Below, piece by piece: positions 9,761 to 18,646 of a stretch of 32,000 bases of DNA (position 1 is the first letter of the stretch; each line of letters opens with the position of its first letter). The notes beneath the pieces were generated by a model. The model did not search any database, was not told where the DNA came from, and was given only the letters and a program-made list of their open reading frames with translations. The translations under genes and the position numbers were made by a program. The stretch spans positions 2,730,001 through 2,762,000 of the forward strand of contig NC_008340.1 in the NCBI RefSeq assembly GCF_000014785.1. The letters are read 5' to 3'. The stretch comes from Alkalilimnicola ehrlichii MLHE-1. Lineage in GTDB: Bacteria; Pseudomonadota; Gammaproteobacteria; Nitrococcales; Halorhodospiraceae.

Positions 9761-10373
9761 GCTGCTGCGTCTCCTGCTGATTGTCCTGTTACTGGGCACG
9801 GCCACCGCCTCGCCGGCGGAGGAAGCCCCGCGCATCGCGGTGCTCGGCGACAGCCTGAGCGCCGCCTACGGCCTGGAGCGCGAGCGTGAGGGCTGGGTGA
9901 CGCTGCTGCAGGACCGACTGACAGCCGAGGGCCACCCGCATCAGGTTATCAATGCTGCCACCAGCGGCGATACGACCCGCCAGGCCCTCAACCGGCTCGC
10001 CCCCCTGCTGGAGGCGCACAGCCCCGAAGTGCTGGTGGTGCAACTGGGCGGCAACGACGGCCTGCGCGCCCTGCCCCCGGCGGAGACACGGCGCAACCTG
10101 TCGGCCATTATCGAGATGGGACAGTCGGCGGGGGCAGAGGTTCTGCTCGTGGGTATACGGCTGCCGCCCAATTACGGGCCGGCCTATAACCAACGCTTCG
10201 AGGCCCTGTTCCATGAACTGGCCGAGGACTACGACGTGCCGCTGGTCCCCTTCCTGCTGGAAGGTATCGCCACCGATGATGCCCTGATGCAGGACGACCG
10301 CATCCACCCCAACGCCAAGGCCCAGCCGAAGATGCTGGAGTTGGTGTGGCCGGAGCTGGTGCCGTTGCTCTGA
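9759..10373 (+). CDS. tesA: Multifunctional acyl-CoA thioesterase I / lysophospholipase L1 (SGNH hydrolase)
   Basis: Signal peptide MLLRLLLIVLLLGTATASPAEE, GDSLSAAYG block, GGNDG block and C-terminal DRIHPNAKAQ; adjacent to ybbA/ybbP as in other Proteobacteria. Confidence 0.9.
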   Translation: MLLRLLLIVLLLGTATASPAEEAPRIAVLGDSLSAAYGLEREREGWVTLLQDRLTAEGHPHQVINAATSGDTTRQALNRLAPLLEAHSPEVLVVQLGGNDGLRALPPAETRRNLSAIIEMGQSAGAEVLLVGIRLPPNYGPAYNQRFEALFHELAEDYDVPLVPFLLEGIATDDALMQDDRIHPNAKAQPKMLELVWPELVPLL

Positions 10374-10406
10374 CCGGCCCGGGATTGCCGTCACAGGCAC
10401 CCCGAC

Positions 10407-10620
10407 ATGGACTGCCGCGCCCCTGCGGGGGCGCGAATCAGCGAGGAACGGGGCACCCCCGTCATCGCGAGGGCCGAAGGCCCGTGGCGATCCAGAGGGG
10501 TAGACTGCCGCGTCGGCTTCGCCTCCTCGCAGTGACGGTGGGGGTGTCCCTCCCCGCCGTGACGGTGGGGCCCACCACCCCCGTCATCGCGAGGAGCGCA
10601 GCGACGCGGCGATCCAGGCG
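10407..10620. repeat. Interspersed GC-rich repeat cluster 1
   Basis: Contains CCCCTGCGGGG, GTCATCGCGAGGGCCGAAGGCCCGTGGCGATCCAG, inverted arm CTGCCGCGTCGGCTTCGCCTCCTCGCAGTGACGGTGGGG, and GTCATCGCGAGGAGCGCAGCGACGCGGCGATCCAGG. Confidence 0.9.
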
Positions 10621-10629
10621 GCTGCAGAG

Positions 10630-11628
10630 CTAGGCGCGAGGCGTGGCGCTACCGGTGATGCCGTCCTCGCTGGCCAGGGTGGCCTCTTCGTCCGGAGACG
10701 AGGGGCGGTCCTCTTCCGCCGGCCCCTGCCGTTCACCACCGAACAGTTCCATCAGCCGCGGGTAGAACCGCTGCAGCTCGAGGCTCATCAGGGAGAAGTC
10801 CACGTCCAGGCGCTCTTCCGGGGTCTCGGCCTCCTCCTCGGCGGCCTGCTCCTGCACCATGTCCAGAAACTTCAGGCGCTTGACCACCAGGCCGGCGTCC
10901 AGCACGCAGGAGAGGCGCTCGCCCCAGGTCAGGGCCAGGGTGCGCACCCGCTTGCCCGCCTGGATGTGGGCGCGCATCTCCTCGGCCACCAGGTCCTGGC
11001 GCTTGACCCGCACCTCGCAGCCCTCGGCGCGGGGGTCCTCCAGCACCGCCTCCTCGCCCAGCTCGACGTCACCGGGGATATCGTCCTCGGCCAGCCAGCG
11101 GGTCATCACCGCCTGCGGGCTTTCCTTCGTCTCCGGCAGGGCCACCGGCAGGGTGCCCAGGGCCTCGCGCAGGTGCTCGACGAAGTCCTCGGCGGCACGG
11201 GCGCTGGCGGTGTCCACCACCAGCCAGCCGTCGCGGGCGTCAATGTAGCCCCAGGTGCGGCGGTGGCGGCTGAAGGCACGGGGCAGCAGGTCGAGGATCA
11301 CCTCCTCCTTGAGCTGGTCCTTCTCGCGCCGGCGCACCTTACGGCTCTCCTTGTGCTCGATCTCGCCGACCTTCTCGTCCAGGGCGTCGCGGATGACCGA
11401 GGCGGGCAGGAGTTTGCTCTCCTCGTGCAGGCAGAGCAGGTGGAAATTGCCGACGGAGTGGGTCAACGGCGCATCCGGCCGGCCCATGGGCGGCACCCAC
11501 CCCACCCGCTGCATCTCGAACCGGGCGGCGGGCTCCCAGGCAAAGGCGGCCAGCGCCTCCTGCAGGCCCTCGGCCGTCTCGCGCAGGGGGGATTGGAGCT
11601 TGTAGAGGGTGAGGTTCTTGAACCACAT
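10630..11628 (-). CDS. rdgC: Recombination-associated protein RdgC
   Basis: MWFKNLTLYKLQSPL start and RdgC-like blocks (GWVPPMG, LHEESKLLPASVIRDAL, ILDLLPRAFSRHRRTWGYID, RFYPRLMELF). Confidence 0.92.
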   Translation of the reverse strand: MWFKNLTLYKLQSPLRETAEGLQEALAAFAWEPAARFEMQRVGWVPPMGRPDAPLTHSVGNFHLLCLHEESKLLPASVIRDALDEKVGEIEHKESRKVRRREKDQLKEEVILDLLPRAFSRHRRTWGYIDARDGWLVVDTASARAAEDFVEHLREALGTLPVALPETKESPQAVMTRWLAEDDIPGDVELGEEAVLEDPRAEGCEVRVKRQDLVAEEMRAHIQAGKRVRTLALTWGERLSCVLDAGLVVKRLKFLDMVQEQAAEEEAETPEERLDVDFSLMSLELQRFYPRLMELFGGERQGPAEEDRPSSPDEEATLASEDGITGSATPRA

Positions 11629-11689
11629 GGCGTGTGCATCCGCTGCGAAGGGAAAGCGGGACATTATGCGAGTCGCGCTGCGACGGGAC

Positions 11690-12345
11690 AACCAGGCGTG
11701 GCAATCCAGGCCGGCGGGTGGATCGCCACGTCGCTGCGCTCCTCGCGATGACGGGGGTGGCGCCCCCACCGTCACTGCGAGCGCGGCCCCACCCCCACCG
11801 TCACTGCGAGGAGGCGAAGCCGACGCGGCAGTCTACCGCCCTGGATCGCCACGGGCCTGCGGCCCTCTTGATGAACATGGCCAGACGCTGCGGGCGCCCC
11901 CTACCCTCACTGCGAGCGCGGACCCACCCCCACCGTCACTGCGAGGAGGCGAAGCCGACGTGGCAGTCTACCGCCCTGGATCGCCGCGGGCCTTCGGCCC
12001 TCGCGATGACGGGTGGGGCGCCCCCTCGCGATGACGACCAAAAACCCGCGGCGCTCGCCATGGCAGCTCCGCTGTTCTTCCCTGATTCGGGCCCGCGCAG
12101 CGGGGAGGGGGGCTCGCGATGACCGGGAGTGCCCCGTTCCTCGTTGATTCGGGCCCGCGCAGCGGGAGGGGGGCTCGCGATGACCGGGAGTGCCCCGTTC
12201 CTCGTTGATTCGGGCCCGCGCAGCGGGAGGGGGGCTCGCGATGACGGGGTGGTGACCCCCACCGTCACTGCGAGCCCCGAAGGGGCGCGGCAGTCCAGGC
12301 CGGCGGGTGGATCGCCGCGTCGCTGCGCTCGCGATGACGGGGGTT
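11690..12345. repeat. Interspersed GC-rich repeat cluster 2, including a 61-bp period tandem array
   Basis: Multiple arms of the GTCAyyGCGAGG... family plus consecutive copies of GACCGGGAGTGCCCCGTTCCTCGTTGATTCGGGCCCGCGCAGCGGGAGGGGGGCTCGCGAT starting at 12121 and 12182. Confidence 0.9.
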
Positions 12346-12358
12346 GGAGGCTTGCATT

Positions 12359-12850
12359 TCAGTTCAACCACCAGATGGCGCCATTGAGCACTGCGGCGAA
12401 GGCCACCCACAGCGCGTAAGGCACGAACAGGATGGCGGCCCAGCGATCCACCGGTGCGAATTGCCGGATGCAGGCCAGCAACACCAGAAAGAGCAGACCG
12501 ATCCAGACCAGCGCCGCTCCCGGCGCCTGCAGGCCGAAGAAGATCACCGACCAGCACAGGTTCATCACCAGCTGCAGCCCCCAGAGCGCCAGCACGCCCC
12601 GCCCCTGCACCCAGCCCAGCACCCGCCACAGACGCCAGCCGGCGATGGCAATGGCCAGGTAGAGCGCCGTCCAGACCGGACCGAAGAGCCAGTCCGGGGG
12701 GTTGAACGGTGGCTTGGCCAGGTCGCGATACCAATCGTCCAGGCCGGTGGCGGTCACCGCCCCACCCAGGGAGGAGACCACCAGCACCAGGAACAGGAAG
12801 GCCAGCAGCATCGGGAAGTGGTGCCGGGGATTGGTCTGCATTGGGGTCAT
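12359..12850 (-). CDS. tspO: TspO/MBR (translocator protein) family membrane protein
   Basis: WYRDLAKPPFNPPDWLFGPVWTALYLAIAIAGWRLW ... ALWGLQLVMNLCWSVIFFG ... APVDRWAAILFVPYALWVAFAAVLNGAIWWLN, typical TspO motifs; start MTPMQT at 12850. Confidence 0.92.
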   Translation of the reverse strand: MTPMQTNPRHHFPMLLAFLFLVLVVSSLGGAVTATGLDDWYRDLAKPPFNPPDWLFGPVWTALYLAIAIAGWRLWRVLGWVQGRGVLALWGLQLVMNLCWSVIFFGLQAPGAALVWIGLLFLVLLACIRQFAPVDRWAAILFVPYALWVAFAAVLNGAIWWLN

Positions 12851-12891
12851 AGTCCGTTGCTTCAGGATTGCCTCGAAAATACCAGACCGGG

Positions 12892-13506
12892 GCGTGGATC
12901 GCCGCGTCGCTGCGAAAGCCGACCCGTCCCCCACCGTCATTGCGAGGGCCGCAGGCCCCGTGGTGACCCAGGGCGGTAGACTGCCACGTCGGCTTCGCCT
13001 CCTCGCAGTGACGGTGGGGGCGACCTGCCGCTTCCGGCTCAGTCAAGTTCTTCAAGAGGGCCGAAGGCTTTCCCCCGTCGTCGCGAGGGCCGAAGGCCCG
13101 TGGCGATCCAGGGCGGTAGACTGCCACGTCGGCTTCGCCTCCTCGCAGTGACGGTGGGGGCGACCTGCCGCTTCCGGCTCAGTCAAGTTCTTCAAGAGGG
13201 CCGAAGGCTTTCCCCCGTCGTCGCGAGGGCCGAAGGCCCGTGGCGATCCAGGGCGGTAGACTGCCACGTCGCTTCGCTCCTCGCAGTAACGGTGGGGGCC
13301 ACTACCACCCCGTCATCGCGAGGAGCGCAGCGACGCGGCGATCCAGACGCCGGCATGGACTGCCACGCCCCTTCGGGGCTCGCAGTGACGGTGGGGATGG
13401 GACCGCGCTCGCAGTGACGGTGGGGATGGGACCGCGCTCGCAGTGACGGCGGGGGTGGCCCGCCCCTTGGCTGCACAGTCCAGTTCTTCAAGAGCCGCGC
13501 GATGAC
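12892..13506. repeat. Interspersed GC-rich repeat cluster 3, including an exact 140-bp tandem duplication
   Basis: 12981-13120 and 13121-13260 are identical on reading; further diverged arms run to about 13506. Confidence 0.92.
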
Positions 13507-13559
13507 AGCCCAAGGCCCGCCAACACCATGTTGCCACGGACAAAACCCGCCGGCTGTGG

Positions 13560-13565
13560 TATAAC
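13560..13565 (+). promoter_or_regulatory. Possible -10 element (TATAAC) upstream of fumarase
   Basis: TGTGGTATAACC about 60 bp before the ATG; -35 only weakly recognisable. Confidence 0.3.
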
Positions 13566-13623
13566 CTGCCGCGCGAACACCCGACGCACAGACGACTATA
13601 AAGACACGCCCCGGAGGACGCCC

Positions 13624-15141
13624 ATGGCTACCATCCGCCAGGATGACTTCATCCAGAGCATCGCCGATGCGCTGCAGTATATCTCCTACTACCACCCCAA
13701 GGACTTCATCGACGCCGCCCACGAGGCCTGGGAGCGGGAGGAATCGCCGGCCGCCAAGGATGCCCTGGCGCAGATCCTGATCAACTCGCGCATGTGCGCC
13801 GAGGGCCGCCGGCCCATCTGCCAGGATACCGGCATCGTCACGGTGATCCTCAAGATCGGCATGAACGTCCAGTGGGACGCCGAGATGAGTGTGGAGGACA
13901 TGGTCAACGAGGGCGTGCGCCGGGCCTACAACCTGCCCGACAACAAGCTGCGCGCCTCCATCCTGGCCGACCCGGCCGGCGAGCGGAAGAACACCGGCGA
14001 CAACACCCCGGCGGTGATCCACATGAGCCTGGTACCGGGGGACACCGTGGACGTGCAGGTGGCGGCCAAGGGGGGCGGCTCCGAGGCCAAGACCAAGTTC
14101 GCCATGCTCAACCCCTCCGACTCCATCGTCGACTGGGTACTGGAACAGGTGCCGAAGATGGGCGCCGGCTGGTGCCCGCCGGGCATCCTGGGCATCGGCA
14201 TCGGCGGTACCGCGGACAAGGCGATGCTGATGGCCAAGGAGGCCTGCATGGAGTCCATCGACATCCACGAGCTGAAGGCCCGCGGCCCACGGAACACCGC
14301 CGAGGAACTGCGTCTGGAGCTGTTCGACAAGGTCAACGAGCTGGGCATCGGCGCCCAGGGCCTGGGCGGGCTGACCACGGTGCTGGATATCAAGATCCGC
14401 GACTACCCCACCCACGCGGCCAACAAGCCCGTGGCGATGATCCCCAACTGCGCGGCCACCCGCCACGCCCACTTCGTGCTGGACGGCTCCGGGGTGGCGG
14501 ACCTGCCGGCGCCCAAGCTGGAGGATTGGCCGCAGGTGGCCCGCGAGGGCGGCGGCGACGTCAAGCGGGTCAACCTCGACGAGGTGACCACCGAGGAGGC
14601 GCGAAGCTGGAAGCCGGGTGACACCCTGCTGGTCTCCGGCACCATCCTCACCGGCCGCGATGCCGCCCACAAGCGCATGACCGACATGCTGAGCCGGGGA
14701 GAAGAGCTGCCGGTGGACCTGAAGGGCAAGTTCATCTACTACGTGGGCCCGGTGGACCCGGTGCGCGACGAGCCCGTGGGCCCGGCCGGCCCCACCACCG
14801 CCACCCGGATGGACAAGTTCACCGATCAGATGCTGGCCGAGACCGGCCTGATGGGCATGATCGGCAAGGCCGAGCGCGGCCCCGAGGCGGTGGCGGCCAT
14901 CCGTAAGCACGGCGCGGTCTACCTGATCGCCGTGGGCGGTGCCGCCTACCTGGTCTCCAAGGCCATCCGCAAGGCCCGGGTGGTGGCCTTCGAGGACCTG
15001 GGCATGGAGGCCATCCACGAATTTGAGGTGGAGGACATGCCGGTGACGGTGGCGGTGGACAGCCGTGGCGAATCGGTGCACGAAGCCGGCCCCCGCGAGT
15101 GGCAGGCCCGGATCAAGGGCATCCCCGTCACCGAGGCCTGA
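13624..15141 (+). CDS. Fumarate hydratase, class I (4Fe-4S, single-chain alpha/beta fusion)
   Basis: MCAEGRRPICQDTGIVTV, GIGGTADKAMLMAKEAC, C-terminal YLIAVGGAAYLVSKAIRKARVVAFEDLGMEAIHEFEVEDMPVTVAVDSRG; SD GGAGGA before ATG at 13624. Confidence 0.93.
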   Translation: MATIRQDDFIQSIADALQYISYYHPKDFIDAAHEAWEREESPAAKDALAQILINSRMCAEGRRPICQDTGIVTVILKIGMNVQWDAEMSVEDMVNEGVRRAYNLPDNKLRASILADPAGERKNTGDNTPAVIHMSLVPGDTVDVQVAAKGGGSEAKTKFAMLNPSDSIVDWVLEQVPKMGAGWCPPGILGIGIGGTADKAMLMAKEACMESIDIHELKARGPRNTAEELRLELFDKVNELGIGAQGLGGLTTVLDIKIRDYPTHAANKPVAMIPNCAATRHAHFVLDGSGVADLPAPKLEDWPQVAREGGGDVKRVNLDEVTTEEARSWKPGDTLLVSGTILTGRDAAHKRMTDMLSRGEELPVDLKGKFIYYVGPVDPVRDEPVGPAGPTTATRMDKFTDQMLAETGLMGMIGKAERGPEAVAAIRKHGAVYLIAVGGAAYLVSKAIRKARVVAFEDLGMEAIHEFEVEDMPVTVAVDSRGESVHEAGPREWQARIKGIPVTEA

Positions 15142-15282
15142 GTGCGTGCCGCCCGGCACGACCGGGCGGCATCCGCCTTCCCCCTGCGGCCCCGCTCGGA
15201 GCCGATGATGGACATTTGCCCTGGATCAAGCTTTCCGGCACTGCTATAGGTGTCATTGACGCTCAGCGCCGATTACAGGGGA

Positions 15283-16080
15283 ATGGCCATGACCGACACA
15301 CCCTCACCGCCGCGGCCGCCGGAGGAGCTGCCCATGCTGGCGCCGTGCCACGACGTCGCGGCCGACGCCCCCTTGCGCTGGATGCAGCGCGGCTGGGCGG
15401 ATCTGCGGGCGGCACCCCGCCAGAGCCTGCTCTTCGGGGTGATGACGGTGGTGCTGAGCTACCTGGTCACCGCAGCCACCTGGGTGTACGGCAACATCGG
15501 GCTCTACCTCGGTCTGGTCTCCGGGTTCGTGTTCGTGGCACCGTTGTTGGCGCTCACCGTGTACGCCATCAGCCTGCAGCTCGAGCGGGGGCGCCCCCCG
15601 TCCCTGCGGCGCAGCCTGCGCAGTGCCGTGCAGTCGCTGCGGGGTGCGATGTTCTTCGCCGTGATCCTGGTGATAGTGCTGCTGGTCTGGGCGCGGGCGG
15701 CGAATACCCTGTACATCTTCTTCCCTGACACCGCCGACCCGGCCCTCGCCGATCTAGTGCTCTTTCTGGGCATCGGCAGCGTGGTGGGGGCGCTGTTCAG
15801 TCTGGTGGTCTTCGCGGCCAGCGCCTTTTCGCTGCCGATGCTGGTGGAGCGCCGAACCGACGCCATCACCGCGGTGGTGACCAGCGTCAACGCGGTGCTG
15901 CGGAACAAGCGGACCATGCTGGTCTGGGCGCTGATGATCGCCGCCTGCGTGGCGGTGGCCATCGTCACCGCCTGGCTGGCCTTTGTGGTGCTGATGCCGC
16001 TGCTGGGGCACGCCACCTGGCACGCCTACCGCGAGACCATCGACGCCTCGGAGTGGCCGTTGCTGGAGCAGGAGGCGTAG
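15283..16080 (+). CDS. DUF2189-like polytopic membrane protein
   Basis: ADAPLRWMQRGWADLRAAPRQSLLFGVMTVVLSYLV, multiple TM segments and C-terminal LMPLLGHATWHAYRETIDASEWP. Confidence 0.75.
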   Translation: MAMTDTPSPPRPPEELPMLAPCHDVAADAPLRWMQRGWADLRAAPRQSLLFGVMTVVLSYLVTAATWVYGNIGLYLGLVSGFVFVAPLLALTVYAISLQLERGRPPSLRRSLRSAVQSLRGAMFFAVILVIVLLVWARAANTLYIFFPDTADPALADLVLFLGIGSVVGALFSLVVFAASAFSLPMLVERRTDAITAVVTSVNAVLRNKRTMLVWALMIAACVAVAIVTAWLAFVVLMPLLGHATWHAYRETIDASEWPLLEQEA

Positions 16081-16097
16081 GGCGGCACCAGGTCAAC

Positions 16098-16279
16098 CGT
16101 CACCGCGAGGTTTGGAGCGCCGCGGCGATCCACACACCGGCATGGACTGCCGCGCCCCCTGCGGGGGCTCGCAGTGACGTGGTGGGGGCATTCCACCGTC
16201 ATCGCGAGGGCCGGAGGCCCGTGGCGATCCAGGGCGGTGGACTGCCGCGTCGCTTCGCTCCTCGCAGTGACGGTGGGGG
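16098..16279. repeat. Interspersed GC-rich repeat cluster 4
   Basis: Arms CGTCACCGCGAGG..., CCCCCTGCGGGGGCTCGCAGTGACG, CGTCATCGCGAGGGCCGGAGGCCCGTGGCGATCCAGGGCGGTGGACTGCCGCGTCGCTTCGCTCCTCGCAGTGACGG. Confidence 0.9.
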
Positions 16280-16291
16280 CGGACTGCCGGC

Positions 16292-17524
16292 TCAGGCTTC
16301 GCCCATCAGGGCCTTTTCCAGGGCTTCCAGCTCCATGCGGGCGGCGTGGAGCACCTCCAGGTCAGCCTCCGGGCCGTCGCCCGGCAATTGCAGCCGGGTG
16401 AGTGCCGGGGTGGCGTGCAGGGTCTTCATGGCCGCTTCGTCCCCGGCGTTGGCATCGCAGAAGAGCCGCGCGACGATGACCGCGTCGGCCAGGTCGGCCG
16501 GGCCGTCGTGTGCCCGCATGGGATCGGCCATCTGTTCGGGCACCTCGGCCAACGCCTCGTCAAACTCCCAGGCCTCCAACACCTCGCGCCCCACCATGCC
16601 GCTCAGGCCTTCGATGACCTCGGCCAACCCCTGGCTGTCGTGGATGCCGGCCCGCTCGGCGAACATCACGATGGGCACGATGCCGATGGAATGGGTCAGG
16701 CCGGCGAGCAGGCAGCGGTCGCGGTCGAGACCGGCCGCCGAGCGCTGGGCGATCACGGCGGCGGTCACCGAGGCGCAGACGCTGTGGCGCCAGGTCCGCT
16801 TGAGCAGCCGGCGGGCGGAGGGGCTCTGGCGCTCGAAGGGTGCGGACAGGGTCATCGCCAGAGCGAGTTTTTTCACGGTGATGAACCCGAGCATGGCCAC
16901 CGCCTCACGCAGACTGCTGACCGACCCGGCACTGCGCCGGTAGACGGGGCTGTTGGAGGCCTGGATGACCCGCGCCGCCACGGAAGGATCCAGCCGCACG
17001 ATGTCGCTCAGCGCCTCCAGGTCCGCCTCTTCCTCGGGCAACGCCTTCAGACGCATGGTGATCTCCGGCATCACCGGCAGTTCCAGGGAGCCGTCGTGCA
17101 GGTGGTGCAGGATGCGCTGAAAGAGCCGCATGCCGCTCTCGTCCACCTGGACCTCGCGGACGTCGTAGCCGGCGTTGCGCTCCTCGTCGGCCAGCACATC
17201 GAACAGCGGCCGCGGCAGGCGCAGGATGATGCAGTCCCGATCGGCACGGGCCACGGTCTGGCGAGGCCGCCCGTCGAACAACGGCTGGCAGGCGCCATCG
17301 TCGTCCCCTTTGATGCGCTCGGCCCCTCCCCCTCTAGAGACAAGCGTGAGCTGGCCTTCCAGCAGGTAGACCAGGTTCCTGTCCTCGTTGGGGGCCTGCA
17401 GGGTCTCGCCGCGATGGACGCGGGCCAGTTCCCCTTTCTCCCTGAGGCGGCTCAGACGCTCACCGCTCAGTTCATTGAGCGGCGTCAGCTTGGCGAGGCG
17501 GGCTTCATCCGGTATCGCGATCAT
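16292..17524 (-). CDS. HDOD-domain protein with N-terminal cyclic-nucleotide-binding-like domain
   Basis: N-terminal cNMP-like beta-roll (GETLQAPNEDRNLVYLLEGQLTLVS), then HDOD (LPVMPEITMRLKAL ... DPSVAARVIQASNSPVYRRS ... REAVAMLGFITVKKLAL). Confidence 0.8.
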   Translation of the reverse strand: MIAIPDEARLAKLTPLNELSGERLSRLREKGELARVHRGETLQAPNEDRNLVYLLEGQLTLVSRGGGAERIKGDDDGACQPLFDGRPRQTVARADRDCIILRLPRPLFDVLADEERNAGYDVREVQVDESGMRLFQRILHHLHDGSLELPVMPEITMRLKALPEEEADLEALSDIVRLDPSVAARVIQASNSPVYRRSAGSVSSLREAVAMLGFITVKKLALAMTLSAPFERQSPSARRLLKRTWRHSVCASVTAAVIAQRSAAGLDRDRCLLAGLTHSIGIVPIVMFAERAGIHDSQGLAEVIEGLSGMVGREVLEAWEFDEALAEVPEQMADPMRAHDGPADLADAVIVARLFCDANAGDEAAMKTLHATPALTRLQLPGDGPEADLEVLHAARMELEALEKALMGEA

Positions 17525-17609
17525 AGTGAGGGTTACTTCACCGCGGGTACGTGTTTAAGGCGTCATATTGCCACACCTGGCGGCGCTTTTCCGTCAACCG
17601 CCGTCGCGG

Positions 17610-17638
17610 TTTAACTGCCCCGGCCGGGCGCGTATACT
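17610..17638 (+). promoter_or_regulatory. Candidate sigma-70 promoter for the FKBP-type PPIase
   Basis: TTTAAC-N17-TATACT, about 35 bp upstream of ATG at 17674. Confidence 0.55.
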
Positions 17639-17673
17639 GCTCGGTTCATTCTCGAGAAATCAGGTGTAACACC

Positions 17674-18144
17674 ATGCAGGTTGCCAAAGACCGGGTCGTG
17701 TCCATCGACTACACCCTTAAAGACACCGAAGGCACGTTGCTGGACTCCTCCGAGGGGCGCGGGCCGCTGGCTTACCTTCACGGCGCGGGCAATATCATCC
17801 CGGGCCTGGAACAGGCGCTCGAGGGGCAGAACAGCGGTGATTCGGTGGAAGTGACCATCGAGCCGGGCGATGCCTACGGCGAGCGCGACGACAACCTGAT
17901 CCAGGATGTCCCCAAGCAGATGTTTGACTCGGTGGAGAAGGTCGAGCCCGGCATGCAGTTCCAGGCCCAGACCCCCAACGGCACGCAGGTAATCACCGTG
18001 CGCGAAGTAGGCGACGAGACGGTCAAGGTGGATGCCAACCATCCGCTGGCCGGCGTCACCCTCAACTTCGACGTCAAGGTGATCGACGTCCGTGACGCCT
18101 CCAGTGAGGAGGTCGAGAACGGCCAGCCCGACCAGCAGCAGTAA
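17674..18144 (+). CDS. FKBP-type peptidyl-prolyl cis-trans isomerase, SlyD-like, lacking a His-rich tail
   Basis: MQVAKDRVVSIDYTLKDTEGTLLDSSEGRGPLAYLHGAGNIIPGLEQALEG ... VTIEPGDAYGERDDNLIQDVPKQMF ... VDANHPLAGVTLNFDVKVIDVRDA. Confidence 0.9.
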   Translation: MQVAKDRVVSIDYTLKDTEGTLLDSSEGRGPLAYLHGAGNIIPGLEQALEGQNSGDSVEVTIEPGDAYGERDDNLIQDVPKQMFDSVEKVEPGMQFQAQTPNGTQVITVREVGDETVKVDANHPLAGVTLNFDVKVIDVRDASSEEVENGQPDQQQ

Positions 18145-18172
18145 GCGGCCCGGGCACCGCCGATCAATTAGG

Positions 18173-18204
18173 GGCGCGGCGCGACCAACGCCGCGCCTTT
18201 TTTT
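18173..18204 (+). terminator. Intrinsic terminator downstream of the PPIase gene
   Basis: GGCGCGGC-GCGACCAAC-GCCGCGCC followed by TTTTTTT. Confidence 0.9.
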
Positions 18205-18267
18205 CGGGCCCGTTCCGGGGCAACCCGCCTTTGTCCTCCGCCCCCCCGTGCTAAGGCTCGCCCGCGC

Positions 18268-18606
18268 CTATTCAGCCTTCACCGGCCGCGGCGGCGCAGG
18301 GCTGCGCTCGATCTCGAAGAGCTTCTGGAAATTGGCCGTGCGCAGGATTTCATCCACCTCCTCCTGACAGTGGCGCAATACCACGCGAGCGCCCTGACCG
18401 GAGGCATGCTCGCGGAGCAGCAGCAGCATGCCGAGCGCGGAGCTGTCCATGGATTCCGCCTGACGCAGATCCACCCGGTAGGTCTCCAGGCCGGCGCGGC
18501 CCCGGTAGGCCCGACGGAAGGGCTTGTGCAGCCCGAAGTCGAACCGGCCCTGGATCTCGAGCACCAGTTCCTTGCCGTTGCGGGCGGTGTAGGCGTTCAC
18601 CGACAT
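18268..18606 (-). CDS. STAS-domain anti-sigma factor antagonist-like protein
   Basis: YRVDLRQAESMDSSALGMLLLLREHA motif with conserved DSSALGMLL. Confidence 0.82.
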   Translation of the reverse strand: MSVNAYTARNGKELVLEIQGRFDFGLHKPFRRAYRGRAGLETYRVDLRQAESMDSSALGMLLLLREHASGQGARVVLRHCQEEVDEILRTANFQKLFEIERSPAPPRPVKAE

Positions 18607-18646
18607 GGTTAAAGGGCTCCTCCGACAGGGCGGGCCAGGGCCTCGC

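Noticed and set aside
11907-13127. Long minus-strand ORF (406 aa) and many short ORFs with recurring peptides such as AVDCRVGFASSQ and MAVYRPGSPRAFGPRDDGG
   Set aside because: They are translations of the GC-rich repeat arms and overlap the supported tspO gene on the same strand in another frame; the recurring peptides simply mirror the DNA repeats.
12981-13480. Possible CRISPR array
   Set aside because: The repeated unit is 140 bp with no unique spacers between short repeats, and no cas genes are present; it is a tandem duplication of a composite repeat.
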